Origin: Azolla caroliniana
Lineage: Eukaryota; Plantae; Polypodiophyta
DNA: 53,903 bases
Assembly (NCBI GenBank): GCA_043228905.1
Contig: JBHGNT010000200.1
Location: forward strand, 1-53,903
Direction: 5' to 3'
Shown: positions 1 to 10,680 of the stretch, one piece after another
Layout: every line of letters begins with the position of its first letter
How positions within the stretch are numbered: the first letter of the stretch is position 1
Position numbers and translations under genes: made by a program
The notes under the pieces: model-generated
Database searches by the model: none
What the model was told of the DNA's origin: nothing
The model's input: only the letters and a program-made list of their open reading frames with translations

Positions 1-448
1 AAGGAGACCGCCTCCATGGCTCCGTATATTTCCTCACTGGGCCCGAGAATTCCGCACGCCCGAAGTCGCTCTTCCGCCCTTGTCTTTTCTCGGCCAACGA
101 TGCCGACTATCGTACACCCTCCGTTGTCGGAGAAACAAAACTTCCTACTTATGGTACAAGGTTTCTTTAGTTTCGCTTCTATTGTACATTTGTGGGGTTT
201 TCCCGGAGTGTCCGGACTGTCGCGGCCCCACGCCTTGGCAGCCCTCTCTAAAAATCCTCTCGGTTCTCGCCACCGAGGGACTCGCGGTTTCGCTCGTGGT
301 TCGGTCGCACCGTCAGGAACTGGACCGAATGATGCCCGTCCTGACTCTTGACCCTCGCGTAAGCCGACCCGTTGTCCAACACCTTGGTCTCCATTCGCGC
401 TGCCGTAATGTACGGTTCCCCTAGTATGACCAGGTGCGAGGACGTTTC

Positions 449-649
449 CTACACAAAGAAGTGCTGGTCTATCTCGACGTCGCCGATCTTGACTCGCACG
501 TTTGGGCAGGCCCCGTGTAGTTCCTCGGATGCGCGCATCGCCGCCCGTATCTTCCACCCATCCTTAGTGTTGATTGGCCATTTCCCCTTCTTGTAGAAGT
601 CCATGGACATCAGGTTTATTTCCGAACCGTGGTCCACCAGCGCTACCAC
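449..649 (-). pseudogene. retrotransposon aspartic protease fragment
   Basis: ALVDHGSEINLM resembles the D(S/T)G active-site motif; frame broken up- and downstream. Confidence 0.7.
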
Positions 650-1174
650 CGGTTCCTAAACATCCCCGATCTTCACCGGGGTTTCCGTGGTCGCTCGGGC
701 CCAGTGTGGCCTCGAATAGTGGCTCTCCGCCCACTCGTCTTCCAGCGCCATGTCCTCTCTGTGCGCCGTCCGCACTTCCACCGGCCTTTCCGGTTCTGCC
801 TCCGTCGACAGCCTCTTCCTCTTCACCAAGTCCACGATGGAGTTGTGGAACTACTGCTTGGCAATCCCGAGCACCTCCCGCAACGACAGTTCCACCTTGC
901 TGTCGAGGATTCGTTCTTCCAGGACCTTTCATAGGTCTGTGGTCCTTTCGATCTCCGTGCCCAAACGGTATCCGCCCTTCTTGTGGTTATCCCGGGCACT
1001 GGACTCACCGGCCTCGTTCCGTTTCAGCCCGAATCGGGTTTCGTATCTTTGTGAGGGTCCGGCCCCTTCGATTTTACCTACCCGTTTGTCTTCAACCAGA
1101 GCCTCATAGTTCTGGCAAGCTGCTTCGACGAAACCCGTCTTTTCTTCGACTGGGTCACTCCACCCAGTTACCTC

Positions 1175-2374
1175 CTAGACCCGCTTCTCCGCGCGGTCCG
1201 CCTCGTCTCTCTTCAGTCGGGCACCGACGAGGCCTTCCAGCACCGTCGGCCAGAACTCGGCTTTGCTCTCCTTCCGGGCCTCGCTGCTTCCGACCCGAAT
1301 ACCGGCTGACGCTGAGTAGTGGACGGTCTCCGCGTGCCGGGCTGCCGCCTCTTCCATCAGCCTTTTCATTCCTCCTCGCCCGTCGTTTCGGTTCAGGGCT
1401 CTCCGGGTATCGTTGGCGTGCACCCGACCTTCCCATAGGTACACTACCCGGCTTCTCAAAGCCTCCATAAAGTCCCCGCAGTCTTCCCATAGGTACACTA
1501 CCTCGTCGCACCACATGGACCTACTTCCTGCCGGAGGCCGTCGGTCACGAGCCTGATCGCCGCCTTCCCTCCAAGCCTGGGCGATCTGGAGATCCTTTAC
1601 CGCTCGTGTCAACTCCTCCAGAGCTGTTCCCCCGGACGAGCCTCTGATCACGCCGGTCGAAGAAGAACCGGTTTCGAGCCACTCCCGGGTCTCTTCCCTT
1701 CGCGCTTGCGGTATCGGTTCGAGCTTCCTTGCTACGACAGGTCCCGCCCCGGTCGCCTCTGTATCAGCCCACTCCCACCGTTTGTCAAAATGGCCGCAGA
1801 CTCTCTTTACCGCGGCCCAGTCGGTCGTCAGTCCGTCTTCGGTTTCTGGTAAGGAGCCAACTTGCCCCCGATCCCATGCATTAACCGATTTGACAAACAG
1901 TAGGACATGACTTGTGTCCAGAACGGTCCGATCGAGCGCCGAAAGGTGCGCAAAGCGTTCCTCAAACTCCCGGAGGAGTACCGACGCATTTCTTCCTTTG
2001 TTGGGGGACTCCACCCACTCCATGAAGCTCCGCTTCGAAAGTCGAAGCGCGTCATCCAACCCGTATTTCTCCAGGAGCCGTCCTTCGAACTCCTCCCATG
2101 TCCGGCTCTCCGCCCGGACCTCGAGCACCTTCGCATGGATGCCTGGCATCGCCACTCGAGGGAATTCGGCAAGACGCCTCTCTTCCGGAATATCCCTCAT
2201 CAACATCTCCGCCCGGTAGGACGCCAAATAACTCGTGGCATCCATTCCACTGAACCGGCCGATCATACCGACGATCGCCTCAATAGCCCTGTTAAGGGCG
2301 CCGGTGCCCTCGCCCGCGCTCACTATCCGGTCCACGGTCGAAGCCATGGCCTCTGCAAGATCCGACCCCCTCAT
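1175..2374 (-). CDS. gag polyprotein of gypsy element (degenerate)
   Basis: ~400-aa ORF just downstream of the PBS; ATG at 2374 (MRGSDL); damaged zinc knuckle SMWCDEVVYLWEDC; homologous to ORF pieces at 38757-39360. Confidence 0.7.
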   Translation of the reverse strand: MRGSDLAEAMASTVDRIVSAGEGTGALNRAIEAIVGMIGRFSGMDATSYLASYRAEMLMRDIPEERRLAEFPRVAMPGIHAKVLEVRAESRTWEEFEGRLLEKYGLDDALRLSKRSFMEWVESPNKGRNASVLLREFEERFAHLSALDRTVLDTSHVLLFVKSVNAWDRGQVGSLPETEDGLTTDWAAVKRVCGHFDKRWEWADTEATGAGPVVARKLEPIPQARREETREWLETGSSSTGVIRGSSGGTALEELTRAVKDLQIAQAWREGGDQARDRRPPAGSRSMWCDEVVYLWEDCGDFMEALRSRVVYLWEGRVHANDTRRALNRNDGRGGMKRLMEEAAARHAETVHYSASAGIRVGSSEARKESKAEFWPTVLEGLVGARLKRDEADRAEKRV

Positions 2375-2396
2375 CTTCTGCTCCTCTGCCGCTTGC

Positions 2397-2414
2397 TTCA
2401 CGTCGGGTTCACCA
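2397..2414 (-). promoter_or_regulatory. primer-binding site complementary to tRNA-Trp 3' end
   Basis: minus strand TGGTGAACCCGACGTGAA, 4 nt after the LTR CA; matches the plant tRNA-Trp 3' end ...TTCACGTCGGGTTCACCA as I recall it. Confidence 0.75.
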
Positions 2415-2418
2415 AATA

Positions 2419-3072
2419 TGTCGCGTTGTTACGCGCGTGTGTGGAGAGACGAGGCGGGACCACCGGGGTCTTGAACCGAAGAGCAGGTGAATGAAGGGGA
2501 AAGAGAAAGAGAGCGACGCCCGGTCATGTATGAGCAAAGAAACACAAGGGGGGGGGGCACGGCCCGTCAAGACAGAAGACGCGAATGGACACAGAGATAG
2601 GGAGACACAAGTGTTTGTATATTAACGAATATCAAGTACACAACAGAGCATGCGAGTGGTTACAACCGAACAAGCCGACGAACAGATGCCGACGCCTGTT
2701 CGTCTGCGCACGAAAGGAGAAAAGGGTGGAGGTGCTGCCGGAAGCACACGGGCGTTCCTCGAAGCAACGCGAGCCTCCCGAAACCCTGTAGAGAAGAGCG
2801 ATGGGGAACGAACAGAGGAGAAGCGTTCGGTTCCAGTCCGATAGCACTTCGTCCTCAATGCGCGATGACTTTCTCCCTGTGTCTCCCTCTCCTTTATAGC
2901 GTCAAGAAGGGAGCCGTCTCCCTCATTTACTTCCTACCTACCGAATCTAACTACCCAGGATATCTCTATGTACCTAATTCTCTATTATATACATTAAGAG
3001 CGCGCACACGTGAAGGGCCGGTTCATGGGCGCTATTCACCGATTGCACCAAGGGACGGTTTTCTTCATGACA
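2419..3072 (-). repeat. 5' LTR (654 bp) of Trp-primed gypsy element
   Basis: TGTC...GACA inverted termini; PBS adjacent; TATAAA on minus strand near 2898. Confidence 0.75.
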
Positions 3073-4794
3073 GCGTGCTTGGCATTCGAAGATAACGCAA
3101 TATCTTCATCAAATCGGCTTCCGTATGTCAAAATCGAACAACTCCCTCTACATACGAAGCGATTCCGCAACTCCGATCGTCATCATCTTATATGTGGATG
3201 ACCTAGTCATTGGAGGTGAGCATCTCGTCGAAATCAATAAGGTCAAATCCCTCCTTTCCGACAAGTTCGAGATGACGGACATGCAGGAGCTCCACCAATT
3301 CCTCGACATTGAGGTAATTCGGACTCCGGCCGGAATCATGATCTCCAAACGGCACTACATCCTCAACTTACTGTACATGTTCGGGATGGTTGAGTGCAAA
3401 TCCGTGGCAACCCTGCTCGATCGTAATCTCAAAATAGATGCGAACTCCGACACCAAAGTGTGTGAACCAACTCAGTATCGGCAACTCATCGGGAGTCTCA
3501 TCTACCTCACGATCACACGACCCGATCTTAGTTATCCGGTTGGTCTCCTTAGCCAATTCATGCAAACACCGCATGATACTCACTTGGATTGCGCTAAGCG
3601 AGTTCTACGCTATGTGAGCGGCACAATGGATTGCGGCATCCTCTACAAGATCGCGATGCCAATACGACTTGAGGTGTACACATATGCCGATTGGGCAGGC
3701 TACAAAGCTGATAGAAGATCAACCTCCGGATTTGTTTTCTTCCTCGGCAGCGGAGCAATATCCTGGAGTAGTAAGAAGCAGCCTACCGTCGCTCTTTCGA
3801 GTACGGAGGCGGAATACAGGGGCACAACCGTAGCTGCGTGTGAAGTCGTATGGCTCAAGAGGATTTTGAAGGATTTGGGCGTACCCATCAAGGATCCGAC
3901 TTCCCTTTATTGCAACAACATGAGCAGTATCTATCTGGCTCGGAACCCGGTGTTCCACGCGCGGACAAAGCACATCGAAGTGCACTATCACTTCATCCGA
4001 GAGCGCGTTCTGGCTGGCGATGTCGATCTACAACACATTAGCACCAATCTTCAAACGACCGACATCTTCACCAAAGCCTTAGGAGCCGACAAGCTATGCC
4101 AATTCATGACCGATCTCGGATTGACGATCCCTGATCTGCCAAGCTTGAGGGGGAGTACTAAAGACACTACACAATAACGCGTGGATTCCGCAACCACGCA
4201 ATGAAGCAGTGAAGAGCCGATCTACAGTGCAAAGCCGCGAAGAAAGACGCAAGCCGAAGCACAAACTTCGTAACTACGCACAACGCAAGCTGGAGCACGG
4301 ATTCCGAAACTCCGCATAAAGCAAGTCGACGTGGACTCCGGAACGCGAGTTGAAGTAGATTTCGAATACCATCTGAAACCGACCCGACTTGAGCTTGAGG
4401 GGGCATGTTGAGAATCAAGCTCAACTTGGTATAGTATGTGAACTCACCTTGAGAGTGAAGAGACACTCCAACAGTCAAGAGTCACCATTATGTCACTAGT
4501 TTGTATTCTAGCATTTAGTATGAGTCATAGAATCATATTCTATGACACATAACTTATGAGCTTTCACATTCCCCATGCTCCATGAGTCTTGTAGTTAATG
4601 AAGAGAGAGGGTGACTACATAAAGCACCCTCCTCCCACCATGTATAATGTTGAGTCTTTCTCCTATGTCAATAGACTTTTACCTTGCGTATTCTTTGTGT
4701 TTCACTCTCACTCTCTCTCTCTCTCTCTTACACACACACACACATAACTCATATCTCTTCCGCTTCACAAGAATCCATCTCTTGATTCTTTACA
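3073..4794 (+). mobile_element. Ty1/copia LTR retrotransposon 3' half (RT-RNase H, PPT, 3' LTR 4407-4794)
   Basis: copia RT/RH ORF; PPT TTGAGGGGGCA before TGTTGAG...TTTACA LTR; same LTR at 39437 and 42411. Confidence 0.9.
3125..4177 (+). CDS. copia reverse transcriptase C-terminal part + RNase H (5'-interrupted)
   Basis: ILYVDD, TRPDLSYPVG, ADWAG, ALSSTEAEY, RTKHIEVHYHFIRE, DIFTKAL motifs. Confidence 0.92.
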   Translation: MSKSNNSLYIRSDSATPIVIILYVDDLVIGGEHLVEINKVKSLLSDKFEMTDMQELHQFLDIEVIRTPAGIMISKRHYILNLLYMFGMVECKSVATLLDRNLKIDANSDTKVCEPTQYRQLIGSLIYLTITRPDLSYPVGLLSQFMQTPHDTHLDCAKRVLRYVSGTMDCGILYKIAMPIRLEVYTYADWAGYKADRRSTSGFVFFLGSGAISWSSKKQPTVALSSTEAEYRGTTVAACEVVWLKRILKDLGVPIKDPTSLYCNNMSSIYLARNPVFHARTKHIEVHYHFIRERVLAGDVDLQHISTNLQTTDIFTKALGADKLCQFMTDLGLTIPDLPSLRGSTKDTTQ

Positions 4795-4992
4795 AAAATA
4801 TTATCTATCTAAGCATGCTAATAAAGCAGAAAAGAGGTCTATTATAAGTCTTTATTCTTTGGGTAGCGATACGATTTAAGTGTTGACAAGTATGTTTGTG
4901 CACATACATTTGAATACTATTGAGATATTTAATGTTTAAAGCACAGAAGCTCAATGTTAGTAAACGATTTCCACAACTTAGTAAAAGAATCT

Positions 4993-5073
4993 CGACAATT
5001 GCAGGCTTCGAACCTACGAGGGCGAACACATTTGATTTCAAATCAACCGCCTTAACTACTCGGCCAAATTGCC
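4993..5073 (-). pseudogene. tRNA-Ser(TGA)-like copy, mutated
   Basis: 81-nt match to array consensus; D-loop GG->AG, anticodon-stem and variable-arm mismatches. Confidence 0.75.
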
Positions 5074-5469
5074 ATTTTTTGTTGGCTTTTATGAGATAGT
5101 ACAACCACCATAAGCACTCGGGCAAAGTGTTTCTAGTTTTCATGAATCGATTTGAGTATTGTCCACACTAAAATGTTGGAGATATTATCTATCTAAGCTT
5201 GATAATAAGCGAACCAAAACGCTAGAAAGAGTAGTTATTCTTAAGGTAATACTACTATTTATGTGTTCACTAGTAGGTTATCGCAGTTATATTTCACTAG
5301 GTGAGCTTGTGTTTACGATACCTACGGAAGCCAATGTTCAAAAATGCATCTTAGAAAGTTTAGTTTTCTCTGTGTGGTGACCAATGCTTTCTAAGATGGG
5401 ATATTTATTGTTGAGCACATGTCAAGCTCGATATAAGTTACTAGCAATAATACCTAAGTGCAAAAATCT

Positions 5470-5550
5470 CGACAACTGCAATATTTGAATTTACGAGGAA
5501 GAACCCATTTGATTTCGAGTCAAACACCTTAACCACTCGGCCAAATTGTC
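5470..5550 (-). pseudogene. tRNA-Ser(CGA)-like copy, T-arm degenerate
   Basis: loop CT CGA AA; B-box destroyed. Confidence 0.7.
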
Positions 5551-5699
5551 ATACTAGCTTTATATTGCGAAAATTGTTCCATGGGACTTAAGAAGTCATG
5601 CTTGTGTGCGTGTCACATTGCTAAGACGGAAGATGCATTGGTTCACATCACAAAATATCGATGTTATTGAAAGTAGTCAACAACTAACTGAAACAAAGT

Positions 5700-5780
5700 C
5701 GACAACTGCAAGATTCGAACATACGAGGGCGAACCCATTTGATTTCTAGTCAAACGCCTTAACCACTCAGCCAAGTTGTC
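5700..5780 (-). tRNA. tRNA-Ser(AGA), 3 substitutions vs consensus (probably pseudo)
   Basis: GACAACT/AGTTGTC acceptor stem, loop CT AGA AA, T-stem mismatch. Confidence 0.6.
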
Positions 5781-6034
5781 CTATTTTGCTCTTTGTCATA
5801 GTTACATATTTTAGTATTGGTTGTAATTAAATGTAGCAAATATTATATATCTAAGCATGCTAATAAAGCAGAAAAGAGGACTAGTATAAGTCTTTATTCT
5901 TTGGGTAGTGATATGATTTAAGTGTTGACAAGTATGTTAGTGCACATACATTTAAATACTATTGGGATATTTAATGTTTAAAGCACAAAAGCTCAATGTT
6001 AGTAAATAGTTTCCACAACATAGTAAAAGAATCT

Positions 6035-6115
6035 CGACAATTGTAAGATTTGAACCTACAAGGGTGAACCCATATGATTTCAAGTCAAACGCCTTAACCA
6101 CTCGGCCAAATTGCC
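6035..6115 (-). pseudogene. tRNA-Ser(TGA)-like copy
   Basis: full-length, several substitutions. Confidence 0.7.
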
Positions 6116-6600
6116 ATATTTGGTTGGCTTCTACCATGAAATAGTACAACTATGAATATTTTGGGCAATCCGTCTAATGATTATCTTAGTTAGCATTTTG
6201 TTAATGCAAAAATATTCAGTTATATTAGGAAATTTTGAAAATATGGAGTCGGGCTAATATTAACACATTTGGCTCTAGGGGTTAAATATTCATAATAGAT
6301 GTCGCCTCTCTAAATTGGGATATGTATTGGTTTGCCACACAATGACTTGATGTAAATCAAAGACGACAACATCAAAGATTCTAAAAGAAAGTCTACCAAA
6401 TGTAGGATTCTAAGCTCCAAGAAGCAAACATTTGATTTTGAATCAACCACCATAAGTAGTCGGGAAAATTGTTTCTAGTTTTCATGAATCGATTTGAGTG
6501 TTGTGCACACTAAAATGTTGGAGATACTACCTATCTAAGCTTGATAATAAGCAATCCAAAAACGCACGAAGGAGTAGTTATTCCTAAGGGAAAAGAATGT

Positions 6601-6681
6601 CGACAACTGCAGGATTCGAACCTACGAGGGCAAACCCATTTGATTTCAAGACGAACGCCTTAACCACTCGGCCAAGTTGTC
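6601..6681 (-). tRNA. tRNA-Ser(TGA), intact A/B boxes but mispaired anticodon stem
   Basis: TGGCCGAGTGG and GGTTCGAATCC intact; TTTT terminator just downstream; stem TTCGT/TCAAA. Confidence 0.55.
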
Positions 6682-6994
6682 CTTTTTTGCTATTAATGAT
6701 AGTTACATATTTTAGTATTATTTGGAATTAAATGTTGCAAATATTATCTTTCTAAGCATGCTAATAAAGCAGGAAACATGACAATTATAAGTCTTTATTT
6801 TTTCTCCAATCCCTGGGGAACCTAATATTAACACATGGGACATTAAAAGTCATGTTTCCTCTGTGAGTCTTGTTCCTAAAATGGGATATTTACTATTTAA
6901 AGAATAGAAGCTCAATGTTAGTGAACAATTTCAAACACCTAAATGGAAGAATGCAATGTTAGTGAACAGTTTCAACACCTAAATGGAAGAATGT

Positions 6995-7075
6995 TGGCAA
7001 CTGCAGTATTCGAACCTGCGAGGGCGAACCCATTTGCTTTCAAGTCAAACACCTTAACCAATCGCCCAAATTACC
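6995..7075 (-). pseudogene. tRNA-Ser(TGA)-like copy
   Basis: full-length, degenerate. Confidence 0.65.
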
Positions 7076-7650
7076 GTATTTTGTTGGCATGTACTATCTA
7101 TGCTTGATAATAAGCGAAAGAAAAATGCCAGAAAGAGTAGTTATTCTTAAGGTAATGCTACTCTTTATGTGTTCACTACTAGCTTATTGCAATTATATTT
7201 CATTAGGTAAGCCTGTTTTAATGATAGATAGGGAAGCCAATGTTCACAAATGTGTTAAATTTTTTTTAGTTTACTCTATATGTTGACCACTTCTTCCTAA
7301 GATGGGATATTTATTTTATAGCTTATGTCAAGCTCAAACCTACGAGGGGGAACACATTTCATATCTACTCAAACGCCTTAACAACTCAGCTTAATTTTCC
7401 TATGTAGCCATCTACGATAACATATTTTAGTATTGGTTGTAATTAAATGTTGGAAATATGTTCTATCTAAGCATGCTAATAAGGTAGGAAATTGGGAAAG
7501 AATGAGTCTTTATTCTTTGGGTAGCGATACGATTTAAGTTTTCACAAGTATGTTAGTGCACATACATTAGATTACTATTGGGATATTTAATGTTTAAAGC
7601 ATAAAAGCTCAATGTTTGTAAAAAGTTTCCAAAACATAGTAAAAGAATCT

Positions 7651-7731
7651 CGACAACTATAGGATTCGAACCTACGAGGGCGAACCCATTTGATTTCATT
7701 TCAAACGCCTTAACCACTCGGCCAAATTGCC
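7651..7731 (-). pseudogene. tRNA-Ser(TGA)-like copy with mutated anticodon loop
   Basis: A/B boxes intact, loop AA TGA AA (U33 lost). Confidence 0.7.
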
Positions 7732-8249
7732 ATATTTTGTTGGCTTTTAGCGTGAGATAATAAAACTATTAATATTTTGGGCAATTCGTCTAATGATTTT
7801 CTTAGTTTGCGTTATGTTAATGCAGAAATATTCGGTTATATTAGGAAATTTTCAAAATATGGAGTCGGGCTAATATTGACACATTTGGCTTACGCGGTCA
7901 AATATTCATGATAGATGTTGCCTCTATAAATGTTGATATGTATTGGTTTGCCACAAAATGGGTCTATTTAAATCAACGACGACAACATCAAAGATTTTAA
8001 AGAAAATTCCAAACATGTAGGATTCCAAGCTCCGAGAAGCAAACATTTGATTTTGAGTCCACCACGGTCATAAGTAGTCGGGAAAATTGTTTCTAGTTTT
8101 TATGAATCGATTTTAGTATTGTCCACATTAAAATGTTGGAGATATTATCTATCTAAGCTTGATAATAAGCAAACCAAAAACACATAAAGGAATAGTTATT
8201 CTTAATGGAAAGGAATGTTGACAATTGGAGGACTATCGTGACTCGTGAG

Positions 8250-8292
<43 letters not shown>

Positions 8293-8297
<5 letters not shown>

Positions 8298-8400
8298 GAC
8301 TTGAAATGGAAATGAGATTATATTATGAGATAAGACTTGAAATGGAAATGAGATTATATTATGAGATAAGACTTGAAATGGAAATGAGATTATATTATGA
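8293..8400. repeat. 36-bp unit x3, preceded by (GA)n microsatellite
   Basis: GATAAGACTTGAAATGGAAATGAGATTATATTATGA triplicated; single in the copy near 34757. Confidence 0.9.
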
Positions 8401-10051
8401 GGAAACAAGGTTACAAAGAGTAGGCTAAGGGCTAATCCGTAATGAACTCCAATGAAATAGATTTCTGTGGACTCTCAGGAATAGGCATTGGCTGTAATAA
8501 GCCATATGGATGATGTCGAGTTCTTTTGGATCGGCAATATGTATCACAATTACAAACATATTCCGTAACAAAATGGCGAAGTCCTGGCCACCAATACCTT
8601 CGAGAAATTAACGTGAAAGTCTTGTGGATGGCGAAATGTCCAACCATTGGTGCGTCATGACATTGTTGCAAGTCTGGGTGTCGTGAAGGACCATCAGGCA
8701 CATATAAGAGATTTTGTCGAAAAAGTAATCCATCATGCCAATTGAACTAGTTGTAGTCTTGACGAGGATTTTGATATTGTTAACAAGAAGCACGATCTAG
8801 GATAATATGGTTCAGAATGTCTTGGGTGAATTCATCAGTCGCAATATGCTCCCGAATAGAGTCCAGAAGTCTTGAATCCCCGGGTGTGTCTGTAACATGA
8901 AATGCCATTAGTTCTAGATGGTCAAGACCAGAGAGGATTTGCTTCTGACTTTCATGTGGCCTCTCCTGGTTGAAGTTCCATATATGAACACCGAGATAAA
9001 GCATCTGCTTTTCCTTGTTGCGTCCCCGGGCGATATTCCCCATTTTTTGCAAACATTGGGTACCATCCTTGTTCGACTATCCTTGAACATCCCGAATCTC
9101 GACGAACCCGATTGTTGAAGATCGGCTCAGCCGACTCCAAGAAGTTCAAGATATTGATTTGCACTGTTGATGTGATGCTTAAAACACTCAAAAGAAGGTT
9201 GCAGACCGTCATCGACGTGATTCATTGACTATGTTTCAAGTGGGAGATTGAGTATGGGTTTTACAAGGTGACATTAAAACAACTGGACCTTGCTGCAAAT
9301 TGGAATATCAACGTTTTGGCCTATATGTGATATTTTGTAAGATTAATGATGTGGCATTTTGCCTTGAGCTCCCCCGTCATATGCGTCTTCACCCGGTCTT
9401 CCATGTTTCATTTTGGAGCCCTACAAAACCAACTCTATTCCAGGTTGTCTTACATCTCCTCCACCTCCAATCGAAGTTTCAAATGGCTTCGAAGATGAAG
9501 TTTCTTCCATTCTCGATTCCAAGATCGTTCACAACAAATTGTAATATTTGGTTGACTAGTTAGGTTATACACCTAATGATCGAACATGGGAAGATTTCGA
9601 GAATCTTGCTAATGCTTCCGAAATGGTTGCTGTGTTTCACAACAAATATTCCCATAAGCAAAGTCCGAAATCTTGTCTTCCGACCAGTGGAACTCGTTGT
9701 TGAAAAGGGAGGATAATGTCATGAAGACATACATTTTGGCCTTACAAGGATTTGATCCCAAGACGTCTTTGTCTATATGTTAGACCTTTAACCATTATAA
9801 TAACATATATGACATATATTTATAATAAATATATTATTAGTTATTACAAGATATATAGAGTATTCTAGAATATTCTAGAACATTCCAGGATATTCCATGA
9901 TTATATTAAATATCATTAATATCTAGAATATTCTAGAACATTCTAGAATACTCCATAAGGATCTATAAATAGGTGTCTATTCATTCATCACAACTTATTC
10001 GGTTCAACACCAATCTTTAGCCCTTAGCCTACTCTTTGTAACCTTGTTTCC

Positions 10052-10439
10052 TGAAAAGAATAGCGTGCGGAAGCAATAGAAAACTGAACACAGAAAATAC
10101 GCAGGTTTAATGGAGAGGTTGAATATAAACAATATGCAGGACTGACATAGAGAGAGAACACACAGAAACTCAATTCAAAATAATACTCAATCTGTACATA
10201 CACCGTGCTCAGTGATCACCTTTTATACAAGCCCTGACAATCGGGCTGACACAAGTACTTATAATACTTTACCGCTCATAAATGAGCCTACTACATTAAT
10301 TCCCAAAATTATTCCTTACGAGGAATATCTTCCTAACGGCCTCGTGGTCTTGACACCGATACGGCCATGTTGTGCGTATCGATTTACGCACTGGGTTACG
10401 CATCGTATTATGCACAAATGTTGAGCTTGTCTCTCAACA
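10052..10439 (-). mobile_element. solo LTR inserted in the chromovirus 3' LTR
   Basis: TG...CA ends, near-perfect 5-bp TSD TTTCC/TTTCG, host LTR resumes at 10440. Confidence 0.65.
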
Positions 10440-10680
10440 TTTCGTAATAATATAATCTCAGTTCTATTTCAAGTCTTATATCTCTGTCTCTCTCCCTCTC
10501 ACTATTGAGAACCCAGTCAAATCATAAATTCTGCCTACGAGAGAGGAATCGAGCACATGGCTCTTGGATTCGGGCGCTTCATATCATGTGACCCCTCATC
10601 GATCCCAATTTCGGCTATACTCAACCCGATATTCCGACTCAGTTCGAGTCGGAAATTCACAGCAATGCGCAATTATCGGA

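Larger units (their letters stand above)
1..3072 (-). mobile_element. Ty3/gypsy LTR retrotransposon (5' part: LTR, tRNA-Trp PBS, gag, protease), nested in a copia RT gene; runs off the left edge
   Basis: LTR 2419-3072 with TGTC...GACA ends, PBS adjacent, gag-like ORF, protease motif ALVDHGSEINLM (449-649). The flank from 3073 resumes in copia RT (AWHSKITQYLHQIGF). Confidence 0.85.
4795..8233 (-). repeat. tRNA-Ser-derived higher-order tandem array, block 1
   Basis: tRNA-Ser-like units every ~200-480 bp with mutually homologous AT-rich spacers. Confidence 0.9.
8234..10500. mobile_element. rearranged Tcn1-like chromovirus (copy 1): minus-strand LTR end + RH-end/IN-N, fused head-to-head to plus-strand IN-C/chromodomain + PPT + 3' LTR (from 9717)
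   Basis: minus: YRPGTQQGKADALSR, CHDAPMVGHF..YWWPG..CDTYCRSK; plus: YSPFFAN.GYHP, LHPVFHVS, chromodomain remnants; PPT AAAAGGGAGGATAA; LTR TGTCATGA. Confidence 0.85.

Noticed and set aside
574-2494. Long plus-strand ORFs (298 aa, 195 aa) overlapping gag
   Set aside because: Low-complexity antisense frames of GC-rich gag/pol with no recognisable motifs
4805-6149. Recurrent small ORFs containing WQFGRVVKAFDLKS (also 18508, 34043, 42713, 43862) resembling a peptide gene family
   Set aside because: They are translations of the tRNA sequence itself; starts, stops and frames are not conserved among monomers
4795-8233. CRISPR-like repeat/spacer pattern
   Set aside because: Repeats are 81-nt tRNAs, spacers are long and homologous to each other, no cas genes, eukaryotic context
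9860-9955. Palindromic TATTCTAGAATA repeats as a separate element
   Set aside because: Part of the chromovirus LTR U3 (also at ~36930-37000); at most a heat-shock-element-like nTTCnnGAAn motif, which cannot be supported further here
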